Positions 26,891-40,540 of a stretch of DNA of 64,000 nucleotides are shown piece after piece. Position numbers and translations under genes: made by a program. The stretch comes from Sphyrna mokarran (lineage: Eukaryota): assembly GCA_024679065.1 (NCBI GenBank), contig JAGIQG010000010.1, forward strand, positions 47,120,001 through 47,184,000. Direction: 5' to 3'. How positions within the stretch are numbered: the first letter of the stretch is position 1; each line of letters begins with the position of its first letter. A model generated the notes under the pieces. That model searched no databases. It saw nothing but the letters and a program-made list of their open reading frames with translations, and had not been told where the DNA came from.

Positions 26891-29599
26891 GCAAAATATG
26901 CAGGTACAATACCTTAAAACGGGCAACTTCAATACTGAGGCCATGCCAGATTTTGAATCTTGCCTGATTTTAGGTCAGTTGGTTGGTGCCAAGCTGAGTT
27001 GGGTGGGATGAAGGGTTGCTTGGAGCACAGGAATAGTATGGTGAACAGATAAGTAGTGCTGTGCCTCACCACGCCAATGTAACATGTAGCTGCATCATCC
27101 AGAAAAATGTGCATGACACGTTCTTAAAATGTCTGGTTTTCAAAAAAGCTCTGGTTTTTGGACAGCTGGATTTGAGATGCTGTATCTAAATTCCATGTAA
27201 AATATATAAGTCAGACGTGACAATTACAAATTAAATTAATCGTTGCTGAAAAAAGAGAGATGCTGTCAAAGCTTTTCATTTTACATTCATCAATATAGAA
27301 GCAAAATTTATGGGCAAATGGACTCTGGTGAAGATATCTACTTAGAATCACACAATCATAGAAAGGTTATGGTGCAGAAAGAGGCCATTGTGTCTGAGCT
27401 GGCCAAAAAAGAGAAAAAAAAATGGAACCAGCCACTTATTTTAAACTTGCTTTCCAGCACCCAGCCCAATGTCTTGCTGGTTACAATTTCAGATGCAGAT
27501 CCAGGGACCTTTTAAATTAGTGAGAAAGAAAGTGTCTCACTACACGGCCTTGTTGTTTGCAAACGGAGTATGTCCACACATTGCATCTTTCTCATCTAAA
27601 CAGGGCAGCCATTTTCAGGTTCAATTCTAGTTAATTCCTCAAGACAATGCCTATGTAATTATCCTCTTGCTTGGTTTAAATTTAACCAAAAGCTTGGCAA
27701 TGAACAGTTCCCTGGTATGTTCTCTATGGCAAAGTCTCCAGCAATCAGGGAATACTTGCCAACCAATCTTGCTCTTCTTCCCTCTTTTTGTGCAGTTTCA
27801 ATTTTTGTTCCCTTTAAGAATTGATATTTTTGTGTTTGTCCTGATGTAGGCAAGATGAAAGGCTTTGAAAACCATATTTTCAACCGTACTCCAATTCTGT
27901 AATACCAAGTGACTAAAAATGCTTTATCATCGAAGAAAGATAAGGTACAAATATAGAAGAAACTCACTCTTCCCTTAACTTTAATTCAGGATTATGTAAC
28001 TTAAATAGGTGCTTTATTAGTACATGCATGCCCATTTTAAAGTGTGGTACCCAAAATTGTACATAGTACTCTGTGTAGTCTAATTACAGTTTTAAAAATC
28101 CTCAGCATAACTCTGTCTTGGCTACAAATTCCAACATTCTTGTGCTTTGTCCGATTGCTTCTTGACATTGGCTTGGTATTGAGAGCGACATATTTGGCTT
28201 TGCTCCCAGCTCATCTATATTTTTCACCCAATATAGAATATCTTACATTTTTCAGTATTGCATTTAAAATGTTCATCCAGTTGTCTCACAGATCTCAGAC
28301 ATGTCCAACTCATTAACTACGTCCTACCTTCTTACTCCGAGATTTGTGGGTACTGTCAGTTTTAACTGAGGCAAGAAAGCATCACTGAATTTTTACAATG
28401 ACATCAGTGTACATAATGGTTTCCATTATTGCTAATGATATTCTGACGTAGTTGCTCTAGGCAGTGTTCCCAGTTTATTGGAAACTGACTTATGTGGTGC
28501 CTATTCTCAAAGTGGCAAAGTTGGTGTAGGCATCTACAGTCATTTAGTCTTGCACACTGGTAAAATAATGACTTATATTGTAAGGAATGAACTTTGATAT
28601 TACCTGTCCAATATCCCAGTAATCACCCTTTTAGAAAAGGAATGTTCTGCCTGACCAATCTTCCTGCAGTTCTTTTGAGGAAGTGGCATCACATGAATTA
28701 CAGAAAATCCTACAGACACTGTATGCTAAAGTTTTAAAAATGCAAGTTTGGTTCAAGATTCTAGCTGGAGCTAGACTTTGAACTACTTTGTATTACGAGT
28801 GGTTTAAAGGGACAGCCACCAAGTTGAAATTTAGCTGTTGCAATCTGAAGTCGAAATAATAGACTATGCTTTACTGTAATATGGTCATACATCTGAAATT
28901 TGGAAACAATTGTTTTTCACCTTGGCACAAAATCTTTGTGTATAGCAGGTTGTAAGGAAACTGAGCTGCTTACCTTGCCCACCCACAGTTGATAAGCCAT
29001 AATAGGTTCTATTAATTGTTATTCTAATCATAGCATGGTTACAGCACAGATGGAGGCCAATCAGTCTATCATGTCTCATGGAGATGGTATTCCGATTAAA
29101 GACATTTCTTTATTTCCCAAGCTTCGTTCACACACGGGAGAGAAATTTTGGGCAGTCCAAATCTACTGTGAAATTACATCACACACAGTATTACAATTAT
29201 AAATTTTCAGAGGCCATTTTTCCACCCTTTTGCTCACACCAACTCGTTTCGAACCAATCATTATTAGTATGGATTATTTATCATGGCCAAGTACATTTAC
29301 CCTCTGACAGCGTAGGACCACATGAGTTTGTGAAATTTGGAAGTCTTTTTCACAGTTACCTGATGCTTTCCTATTGGGTGAAATGTATATTCTATTCATT
29401 AACTGTCTGAGACCTCTAACGCTGGAGCCTATGCTGATAAGAGGTTTTATCCCTTCGCTCAACAGCCGCACTGTTCTGAGGAATGTGGTTCTTTTTACTT
29501 AATTACATCCCATCGTACTTTAGATGTGTGCCATTAGCCAGGATGTATGTTTTTAATACAGAATATAATTTGTTTTCAAAAATACATGTTTAAATTACC

Positions 29600-30320
29600 T
29601 AACAGTGATTATATGTGTTTCTATGCAGACCTTTGTAAAATATATTCCAGGCACTTCATGACTTCACTCTAAATTAATCTATCATGATCTGTTAATCATT
29701 TAGTCCCAGGCTCTTCTGAGTTCCCTCTTACAATGTCCGTGCTGGCTGTTAGCTAGACCAACTAGCTAAGGTTATTTTGTGGTTCAAGAAAAGCAATGCT
29801 TCTTTTACCAACTTCTGGAGAACCCCACTATATGCCTAGCTCTCTGAAAAAAAACAACTGTTTGTCAGCATTCTCTGTTTCCTGTGACTTAGCCAACTTC
29901 GGCAAATGCTGCCACTGCTCCCTTTACCCTCTGGGCTTCAGCTTTGCTGGAAAGTCTATTGCGTGGCATTTTATCAAATACTTTTTGAAAGTCCATATTT
30001 ATCTCATCAACCTCCTCTCTTACCTCATCAAAAAAATCTTTGGCAAAACATGATTTGACTTCTACAAATTTGCATTGGTTTTCCTTCATTAATTTTTCAG
30101 AGTAACAATGAATTTTGTCCCTGGCTGTCATTTCTAAAAGCTAGCCAAGAGCTGCAGGGCTTTATCCTTGCAGCCCTTTTGAATAACACTTGTAATTTTC
30201 CAGGCCTCTGTCACATTTTTGTTTCTAAGGAGGGTGAGAAGATTGTGATCAGTATCACCCTGTTTTCACCCTAACCTCTTGCAGCATCCTTGGAGATATC
30301 CTGTTCATTCCTGGTGAGAT
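29600..30320 (-). mobile_element. Decayed CR1 RT fragment
   Basis: KSCFAKDFFDEVREEVDEINMDFQKVFDKMP. Confidence 0.75.
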
Positions 30321-30779
30321 ATTAAGTTCATGAATGGCAATGGTTTTATGGATGATTGCAAGGATAATCAGTCTGTATGTTGGAGAATGCATTACCCAGA
30401 TGCTAATTTGCTATAAAATGAGCCTGAGCATAGCTTCTAAGAATCCAATCTAATGGTATTGTTTTAAATAACCTCTGAAATACATCTTTCAGAGTGGCAC
30501 AACAGTGCCACATTACTGTAGTCATTCTGAAGTGTTGATTACTGGCAGTTTTGGGTGAGCAAGGGAGTGCTAATCTATTTGTAAAAATCAAATCTTTGTT
30601 TGTATTTAGCATTTAACTGAAATTTGCTATCCAATTTCTAAATTTCCTAACTTTAAGTAAGATTTTCAGGACTGCACTACAAGAGGAGTTGAAGTTAGCT
30701 AATTTAAAAAAGCTGCTTACACCAGTTTTTTTTGTAACTGGGCCAGCTAACTGCTTGATCTCAGCAGGGTATATAAGCA

Positions 30780-31745
30780 GCCACTTATACGTGACTTTGA
30801 ATAGAGTGCTGAGAGTTGGATGATTAGGCAATTGGGAGAGAAAGGGAAACAGGTGCTGTTTTGCTTTTTGCTTTTGCCTTTTCTAGCTTTACCACTGTAG
30901 GAATTGGTTCTTGCTCAACCACAGTGGTAGAAGCTAACTATTTAGTGACTGTCTGACAAGGGTTAAGGTGTATTCTATTCTGAGGTTTTAAAAAAGTGGT
31001 GCAATTAACAAAATATGTGGTAAAAAGGAAAACAAATAAGTGAATAATATAACTAAGTAGTTAATTAAAATGCATTAAGGATGGCAAGACAGATGATGTG
31101 TCACAGTCTCAGCATGTGGGAGCTCCGGGATGCCTGTGTGATCCAGGACAAATGTCTGCAGGAAGTGTTTGTGGCTTGAGGAGCTTTGACTCAGAGTCAA
31201 TGAACTGGAGGCTGAGTTGTAGATGCTGCGATGCATCAGGAAGGAGGAAAGTTAACTGGATGCTTTGTACCAGGAGGCAGTCATGCCACTTAGGAGAGAG
31301 TCTTCTGATGTGGTTATTGATCAGGAGCAGGTGTGACTGCAACTGAGGCAGGTAAGGGGACCCAGACGGTAAGAATGCCAAAGCCTCAGCAACAGATTGT
31401 TTGGATAAAAGGTGGGGATAGCAGGATGGATGAACAAACTAACCATGGCACAGAAAAGGATTTATGTGGCAGAGGAGTGCAAAAGGGAATATAGTTGTAA
31501 TAGAGGATGGTATACTAAGGTGGATTGCCGTTTCTCTGCAGTAAGGAGTAAGAGTCCAAACAGCTGTGATACCTTCCAGATTCAGAACATCTGTTCAGGA
31601 CTGGCAAGGAATTTGCTGAGGGTAGGGGTGCAGTTGCCATGGTCATGCAGATATCAATAACATAGGTAGAACTAGGAAAGATAATCTGTGTGAGGAGCTA
31701 GGCATTATATTAAAAAGCAGAACCTCAAGGGATGATATGTGAGTG
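30780..31745 (+). mobile_element. CR1-type LINE 5' UTR/ORF1 remnant
   Basis: MARQMMCHS.SMWEL...CRKC Cys-rich start, coiled-coil-like stretch, esterase-like remnants. Confidence 0.65.
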
Positions 31746-32001
31746 ACCTACTCCTGTTTGTAGTTTATATATTTGTATGCATGTCCATATGCCATATTTA
31801 TTTTCGTGAGTAATTCGTATATCCTGAAAATGAAAAAAACAGTGTGGTGGTTTCATACTATTATTATATAATTGGTAGTTTATGTGAGGTAATTTATCTA
31901 AATGTTGCCCTTCAGTACTGCATAGTGTTTATATTCACTTGTTTATTAAAGTTGAAGTGGCTTTGTTCAAGTACTTTTGACTTTTTTTATAATTGATATA
32001 G

Positions 32002-32112
32002 GACCCACCTTTTGTTCTTGATGTTCCCCTGGGTGTGATCAGCCGTGTTGAAAAGATTGGTGGGGCATCCAGTCGAGGGGAAAACTCTTATGGTCTTGAA
32101 ATCTTCTGTAAG
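32002..32112 (+). CDS. MTMR2: MTMR2 coding exon 5 (PH-GRAM)
   Basis: Acceptor tgatatAG, donor AAG|[43 protein letters not shown] (111 nt). Confidence 0.97.
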
Positions 32113-33057
32113 GTTGGTACTTGTATTGATAATGTTGGCGAACATACAATTTTTTTTACATTTTCTGCTTTTATTCAGTGCTAATTCACTATGCCATAAT
32201 ATACATCATTCCACCACTTATTTCGTACCTCATCAGTGAGTGTATTTGGTACATAGTTTGTATCATTCTTGCTTCATAGTGCTGGTCTGAGAAATATTTG
32301 CAGTTTTATGAAATCATTTGCAAAAGCAAAAATAACAGATACTTGGGATTTAAATAGCTTCTTTGCTGTCATAGAACATATATTGATGCAATCTCTTTAT
32401 TAGTTCACTTAGTGGATTAGTTAATCTGAATTTTTTCTTCAGGCAAAATGTTTGATCAGTGGAAAGGCTCACATTATCATGACTTGTGTTTACATGAACT
32501 AAGAAAGTCGATATTCCATGTGTTTCCCCACATTCAGGTTAGCCTCACACTGACATGTTGTTGCATAAAATGTGCAAAACATCATTAAATGTCTAGATGA
32601 AAGCGGGAGCCTTTAGCTATAATGAACGACTTTTCCAGTTTTAAGGTGCATGTTTTGCACAGCATTAGTTCCACCCTTTACAATGATCATTAATGCTGAG
32701 TTTTTTGCAGAAGGAAGATAATAAAAAGGCAATGAAGGATTTTCTGTATTCACTAGAAGTTGGTTATTAATTGCTTATTAAAGCAACAGAATCATTGGGC
32801 CGGATTCTCCGGTCTCATCTGTGGCAGGACCCTTGCCAGTGAGAACAAAATATTTGGCATTCCAGCCAAAACTCCATTCACTTTCAGTGACACCAGGAAA
32901 TCCTAGCTGTAAATCAGGACTGAAGATTTTAGTCATTATCGCTGAATTGGGAAAGCAACTATAAAAATTTACAAATTTCAACAGAAACCAAGGGGGAATG
33001 GCAGCACCCCAAAGATGCACTGGGGGAATCTCCTTCAGAGATTAGAAGTTCACAGTT

Positions 33058-33350
33058 TTTAGTTTTAGTTTTATTTATTAGTGTCACAAGTAGCCTTGCA
33101 TTATCACTAAAATGAAGTTACTGTGAAAATCTCTTACTCGCCACACTCCAATGCCTGTTCAGGTACAGTGAGGGAGAATTTAGCATGGCCAATGCACCTG
33201 TCTTTTGGACTGAGGGAGAAACCAGAGCAACCAGAGAAATCCATGCAGACATGGGAAGAATGTGCAGACTTGTACAGACAGTGATCCAAACCAGCAATTG
33301 AACCTGGGTCCCTGGTGCTTTGAGGGAGCAGTGCTAATCACTCTACCATG
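33058..33350 (-). mobile_element. V-SINE (HE1-like head) with alternative AATAAAT tail
   Basis: Reverse complement matches the copy at 55530-55834. Confidence 0.85.
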
Positions 33351-34439
33351 ACAGGTGAAGCGTGCATGGCAGTTACCTGGAAGTGCACACTTTTACATGG
33401 CAGTCACCCTGCACTGGGAACTACCCAAAAATGTGATTTAAATCGCAAGCTTCAGATAGCTCTGACTGTCGTACATAAAAAGTTAGAGGAATTAAAGACT
33501 ATTATAATTTCTGGGTAAATATTGTATAGGCTTCCCTGATCCCATAGGTGTTGCCCCCTTTGACTTACGTGGTTTCCAGCAGCCAATGTTGTAGCATAAA
33601 GGCATGGCCTCCTTTGCATCCAACAGAGCTGTCCATTGACGCTCGGCCCTGGGGATGTGTTGCACTACTTGGATCTCACCCGGTTAGAGTCGGAAAGTGA
33701 TGCAAAACAGAAAATTAAGATAAAACAGGAGCAGAATGGCAGTCTGATTCTGATTTGCTTTTCCAGTGAAGTTCAGATGCATAGTTCCTCATTAGCTCAA
33801 AGTTCGTGAGCGTGTAACTTCAAGCTAGAATACAGCAATGATGACAGGTCAGTCGAAAAGCAGAAGCCCCATTATTTCTGACTCAAGTCTACATGCAGCT
33901 TCCCAGCACTTCCTTGCAGGTATACTAGATTTAATAAACAAAAACGAGGTTGAAAAGAGCCACCTCCAGCATGACTAAGCCAGACAGGAGAGCTTATTTT
34001 ACATTTTGAGCATAGCTCTGTCAAATTAACAATGTGAGCATTCATGATGGTTGCTCTCAGTGTACCTTAGATTCTATTTCAGTTAATAAATTTAGCATGA
34101 GTTAATTGGACATCGCAGTGCTAGCTAGCCTTACTATAAAGGCAAGGCTGACAGATTGATTATACCTTAGAATGTGCTTTGAACAGCTTCAAGTTATTCC
34201 ATAAATAGCATTATTTGCAGATTGAATCCCTTAGATAAGAAAGTATGTAAGCTGATCTCTGGCTAGCAGACTCAACTCTATACTTGCTCCTCAAAGGTTC
34301 ATCCAGTCTCCTTCATTCTTATTTTATTACATTTCTTGTGTGGCTGTACTTGTGCAGGTACTAAGAGCAAGTGGAATGAATGCAAATGTTGCAACCAGTG
34401 GTAGTACTTAAGAATGCCTCTGAATGTTGCATGATATCA

Positions 34440-35770
34440 CTTTGAGTAGTACTTGTGGAAGCAGAATCTTTGAATGTTTCAAAGGCAGAGATCGATAAAT
34501 TCTTGATGAGCAAGGTGGTTACCAGGGTATGCTCCCACTATAATACCTGCCATCTCATGAGGGAAACTAGAACTAAGGGCCAAGTTTAAAAGTAGTTTTA
34601 AAATATTTAAAGTTTTAAAATGATCCCATTTAAGACAGATGAGGAGAAATTTCTCCTCTGATGGACATTAGTCTTTGAATCCTCTTTCCCCAGTAAGCGG
34701 TGGCTGTGAGGGTTATTGAGTATGTTCAAGGTTGAGCTTGACAGACCTTTAATTGACATGGGTCTCAAAATATATGGAGGACAGATTGGAAAGTAGCTGC
34801 AATTAGATTACTCATGCTTGGTGCAAATGCGTACGGCATTGGTGAGACCGCACCTGGAGTATTGTGTACAGTTTTGTTCCTTACCTGCAGAAGGATGTGC
34901 TTGCCATAGAGGGACTGCAAAGAGGGATTCCAAATCCTTGGAATAGCGAGATTGACCTGGAGAGTTTGAAGAGACTGGGCCTGTATTTTCCAGAATTTAG
35001 AGTGAGAAGTGATCTCATTGAAACAAACAAAACTCTTTCAGAACTCAATAGAGTGGATGTAAGAAGGAAAGGGAGAGTAGGGGAAGTGGCTAGAACCAGA
35101 GGACAGTGTTTCAGAATAAGAATAAGAGAAAGGTCATTTAGGACTGAGATGAGAATTGATTTCTTCACCGAGAGCATGGTGAATCTTCTGGAATTTTCTA
35201 CCGTAAAGGGCTGCAGCTGCTCAGTCATTTGACAATATTTCAAGACAGGGATTGATAACTTTTGAAATGTTAAAAATATCAAAGGCACATGCAAATTGTG
35301 CATGAAAATGATATTGAGATAGATGATCAGCCATGATCTAGTTGAATGGTGGAGGAGGCTTGAGGGGCCATGTGGGTTACACCTGAATATAATTCCCAAT
35401 ATTTCTAACATTTTGTGATTAATGCACAAGAATACCAAGTCCCTCTAAACTGCAACATTCTGCTATACCTCTCTATTTTAATAATATTCTGCTTTTCTAT
35501 TCTTCCTGCCAAAATGGATTATCTCATATTTACCATATTATACTTGTCACATTTCTGCCTACTGCTTAGTCAGTCAATAACCCTCTGCTCTTTATATCCT
35601 CCTCACGACTTGCTTTCCTACTGATTTTTGTATTATCAAATGTGGTTGCAGTACAATCAGACTCCATGTCCAAGTTATTAATATAGATCGTAAATAGTGG
35701 TGCTCAGCACTGATCTCTGTCTTACTCCCAAAAGTCGTTTTGCCAATCTGAAAATCACCTGACTTTACTG
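34440..35770. mobile_element. CR1 3' fragments (+ to ~35410, then -)
   Basis: LVRPHLEYCVQF, LKRLGLYFPEFRVRSDLIE, multiple tails. Confidence 0.8.
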
Positions 35771-36979
35771 GCTGCATTTGTCATAAAGCCTGAAAATCCC
35801 ACATGAAGTCAACAGACTTTTGCATGGTACGATTCCCATGGCCAGCAAGATGGAAAAATTCCTCCTGACTCTCCGGTCTGGATTTTTATTCCCAAGGTGG
35901 GTGTAGAGTCAAATTCACACTCTGTGAACCTGCCTCAGCAGAATCAGCCCTGAGTGACCAGATTTTTATTTCATGAGGTGGGTGCATGCTTAAAGTCAGG
36001 CCTTCTATCCCTGGAAAAGGTGTGGAGGCAGCCAGAGAATACCAAGTGCCAAGGCAAGTTGCTTAAAAGGCCTGCCTCTCTGTCTGAGACTTTGTTCCCA
36101 TTGTAATAACAGTAATTGGGCTATTCAGCCCTCATGTCTCACATTTCTGTGCCCATTCATAGAACTATAGAAAAGATACATCATAGAAGGAGGTCATTTG
36201 GTCCATTTTGTTCATGCCAGCCTGAAGAGACAAGGTGCTCTTTCTAATCCCACCTTCTTGCACCCAGCCCATAGCCCTATGGCTTACAGCACTTGGTACA
36301 GATCTGAGTACTTTTTAAAAAGAGTTTTCGTGTTCCCTCAACACTTTCTACCTCTTATCTTGAATCTATGTCCCCTGGTTCTAGAATTCTCTGCGAAAGG
36401 AAACAATTTCATCTGTCCACTCTATCACTTCACCTCCATGTTAACTCCTGCCCTGAGTCACTTCCATGCCAACTTATGGTCTTCTACCCACACTCATTGC
36501 CCCTTATATCCTCCATGTCAACGTATGCACCATTCCACACACTCTCACACACACTCACACCCCCCTGCCCCCGTCCCCGCCCCTCCTGCCATTTGTTACC
36601 TAGAGGGATATAGGGGCCTGCAACACTGTCTGAAAGGTAGTAGAAGTGGAAACTCTAAAGTTTCAACTCAAGAGTGGAATCTCTTGTTTAAAAGCTATCT
36701 GAATATGCATCTGAAATGCTGCGTTCTACAGGGCTACAGACCGAATAATGGAAAGTGAGATTAGGTTGGGTAGCTCATTTTTTTTTTGTCCAGGGCAGAG
36801 ATACAATGAACCAAGTGGCTTCTTTCTGAACTGTAAACCTTCGATGTTGCTATGTGTGAATCACAGTCCATTCTTTTAGGCAAGTATAGATCTGTCAGAA
36901 ATAGAGCTGAATCTTTGGGATCCAGGGTCTTGGTGCTATTTTGGCTAAGATGTGGAATCTCACAACTCTGTATAAACAA

Positions 36980-38090
36980 GGCCTCTGTTTCCTGTTAGTT
37001 AGCCAATTCTCTACCCATTTACTATAACGTCCCGAACACCATGGGCTTTTCTCTTGTGCAGTAATAGTTTAAATGATGTTTTATCAACTGCCTCTTGGAA
37101 ATCTAAACACACCACATTGTTTGTGTCCTCTATTTCTATCCTGCTGCTGACATCTTTCAAGAACTCCATTAAATTTTGTCAGATACTATTTTCCTTTCAC
37201 AAAACCATTTAGATCCTGCCCGATATTATGATTTTCTAAATGTTCTGCTACTATCTCCTTTAACAATGGATTCTAGCATTTTCCCAATAACAGATATTAG
37301 GCTAATTGGCCCATAGTTTCCTCCTTTCTTTCTCTCTCTTTTCTCGAGTAGAGCTGCTACATTTGTGGTTTTCCGGTCTATCAGGCTTTTCAGAATCTAG
37401 GGAATTTTGGAAAATTGCAACCAATGTAGCCACTATCTTTGCAACCACTTCCTTTAAATCTCTAGGATGCAAGCAATCTGGTCCAGGGAGCTTAACAACT
37501 GTTAGTCCCAGTAGTTTTTCCAGTATCTTTTCTCTAGTGATCTTGGATGGTGCATCAAAGACTATTTCTTTCTCGATGAAATATCTTCTTGTTGAGAGTT
37601 TTGAAATATCTTTTTTAATGTCAGTCACTGTTGCTCTACATTATTGTCTTTTAATCAATTTCTCATTACATTTTAGCCAACTGTCTTGTTTCAGACCCAA
37701 ATTTCTCACCCTCAAACTGATTGTGAATTTCTATCACAGTTATGATCATTCTCATCTGGAGGATCCTTCACTACAATGTCATTTTGATGATACTAGATCT
37801 AAAATAATCTGTTTCTTGTTGGTTCCAGAATGTATTGTTTTAAGAAACTGTCCTGAATGTACCACATGAACTCATCCTCTACATTAGGTTTGCTAATTTG
37901 ATTTGCACATTCTATATGAAGAAGAATATCTCCCACCATTATTGTACTTCCATTCTTACAAACACAGATTATTTCTTTATTTGTACTCCTTTCAACTGTA
38001 TAACCACTGTCAGGCAACCTATAAATCTCCCTGACCTGTAATTTCTTTTGCTATTTCTTTAATCTTCACCAAACAGATTCTATGTTTTGA
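36980..38090 (-). mobile_element. Decayed CR1 ORF2 fragment
   Basis: KLPGPDCLHPRDLKEV..KIVATLVAIFQNSLDS; FLKQYILEPTR. Confidence 0.85.
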
Positions 38091-39747
38091 TTCTTTTGAG
38101 AAGTTCCAGTTAAGTTGTAAAGAATATTTTTTAAAATTATTTTTGAGCTGTGGGTAATGCTGATAAGGTTGCATTTAGTATTCGTCCTTCACTACCCTGG
38201 AACAGTCAAGAAAGACCATCTTGAACCTGCAGTCATGGCAACGATGTACCTCCTACAATGCTGGGTAGATCCAGTGAGCTGTTTTGGGACATTTAATTAC
38301 ATTAAAGGCACTTTATAATGCAAAGTATTATTGGATGGGTACTCCAGCACGATCTTGCCTGCTGAACAATCATAAAAGCTGCAATATTCTCTGAATGCTT
38401 TGTCTAAGTACTAATCGATATATAAGATTTTACAAAGAAACACTTTATGGCATGCATATTTTGTCCCATTATAAAACTACTAACTGGACAGAAAGAGGCC
38501 ACTTGACCCATCGTGTCTGCACTTGGCAAATTTATTGGGTTAGGAACTTTTTTTGTAGCTGTTCTTATTTCCTTTTTTTTAAACAGCATTGATTCTTTAC
38601 ACTATCACTTTCCAGAGCACTGCACCAGTCTATTTTGTTGACTATGTCTGAAATACTGAATTGCAGAAGCTACTTTTCATCTGCTTTTTTGAATTAGCAG
38701 CTGTATCCGTGAGGCAGTGTGATTTTATTGCAATGTGTCTATCAATTGTACAGAAAGGCTGGATAAAGTTTCACAGGGGAAAATATTCTACTGCTGCAGT
38801 TCTTGAAATTGCTGCAACAGCACCAAATATTTTGTTGCTCACTATGAGTTTTTAGCAGAAGGGGAATTGAACCCTGGGAACAGTGATCCAGAACTGGAAA
38901 CTGAAGAGGGAACAGCTACGTTCTTGCTATTATCATTCGTTTACAACAAGAAATTATTTATAATTTTAAAATATAGACAAATGCTTTGGCTAATCTATGA
39001 ATAATATTTCAAACTTCAGTTCTGTAAACTATCCATATTATTAGTTAATCTGATTTGAAATTCTAGTCTTTAGTCTAGCCAATTTGTATTGATCCAATAA
39101 AAGTGTTGGTAGGAGTGTACAGCTTTGATTTCAATTATTAACTCATCCACTGCTTTTGTAGTATGTTAAACAAGGTAATTAAGAAAAAGTGCTTACTTTA
39201 TGTATGGCATTGAATATCACGTTGTGATTCAAAGCAGTTACCCACAAGAAGATTTCGGCTTATGTAATTTTTAATATGGTGGCTCTCCTGTTCTTGGTCC
39301 CATTATCTTGGAGAGGCAAATAAAAGATGAGATGCATTTTCTGAAGTAAAAGAAATGCATGAGGAGCCATCTTGAGATATTTTCTGGATATATTTTTGAT
39401 AGATTCAAGGGTTTAATTGCATATAACGAGTTACTTAGAGAATGCTGTTTAATTTGGGAATAATAAACATTAAAATTATATAATAAATATGGATTGAAGA
39501 AAGAATACACTTATATCTATGGAGTGAGACTATGTTTTACATTATTGTTAGTGTGAATACATGCTTTATATAGTTAACAAAATACCTGTATTTTTGCTAA
39601 CAGTTTAAAAGTAAATACAATATTGGAGGAGAATATAGCTTTAATTTTTATTGAGTAAGAGGGAATGAATGTCCTTTTTTTTAAGAATCTTTCTACTGTT
39701 TTAAAAATAGTTTTCCAAAATCCAATAACCTGTTATTGTATTTGCAG

Positions 39748-39849
39748 GACGTTCGGGCCATCAGATTTGCTCATAAACAAGAAGGACACACAAGGCGATC
39801 TATCTTTGAGAACTTGATGAAATATGCATTTCCCATATCCAACAACTTG
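39748..39849 (+). CDS. MTMR2: MTMR2 coding exon 6
   Basis: Acceptor gtatttgcAG, donor TTG|[40 protein letters not shown] (102 nt). Confidence 0.97.
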
Positions 39850-40117
39850 GTATTGTCCCATATTTAACCTATGGTAGTCACTTAGCTTGCTTTAAAAAAC
39901 GTACGTGTGATCTACTGGAAAGGCGGTTTTGCTCTAAAATATTTTGATGTGTTCATCCATCTGATTCACTAATGTCTGTTAAGGAAGGAAATGTGCCATC
40001 CTTACCTGGACTGGTCTATCTGTTACTCTAGGTCCACAGCAATGTGGTTGATTCTTAAATGCCTAGCCAGATAATTGAAGGGCAATTAGGGATGTTCAAT
40101 AAATGCTGACCCAGTCA

Positions 40118-40540
40118 GCAGGTCTTATGAAGAGAAGCTGAGGGATTTGAGGTTGTTTTCGTTAGAAAGAAGGCGGCTAAGAGGAGACCTTATTGAAACT
40201 TATAAGATGATTAGAGGTTTAGATAGGGTGGACAGTGATAGCCTTTTTCCTAGGATGGAGAAAGCTAGCACGAGGGGACATAGCTTTAAATTAAGGGGTG
40301 GTGGTTTTAGGACAGATGTCAGAGGTAGGTTCTTTACCCAGAGGGTGGTAAGGGTATGGAATGCCCTGCCTGCTTCAGTTGTAGATGCGCCAAGTTTGGT
40401 GGCGTTTAAGAGGTTAGTAGATAAGTTTATGGATGAAAAGGGAATGGTCTAGGTTAGAGAGTCACTGCTTGTTCCTAATTGGTCGGCGCAACATCGAAGG
40501 CCGAAGGGCCTGTTCTGCGCTGTAATGTTCTATGTTCTAT
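40118..40540 (+). mobile_element. Young CR1 3' end, same subfamily as 6364-8787 and 49588-51865
   Basis: ORF 40147..40452 nearly identical to the end of 51385..51777; (TTCTATG) tail; inserted into a SINE-like repeat. Confidence 0.95.

Noticed and set aside
26905-27190. Tc1/mariner-type MITE with terminal inverted repeats
   Set aside because: Termini only loosely complementary; cannot be supported by eye.
36198-36758. 186-aa His/Pro-rich ORF
   Set aside because: Spans CR1 tail fragments and low-complexity C/A-rich sequence; no domain signal.
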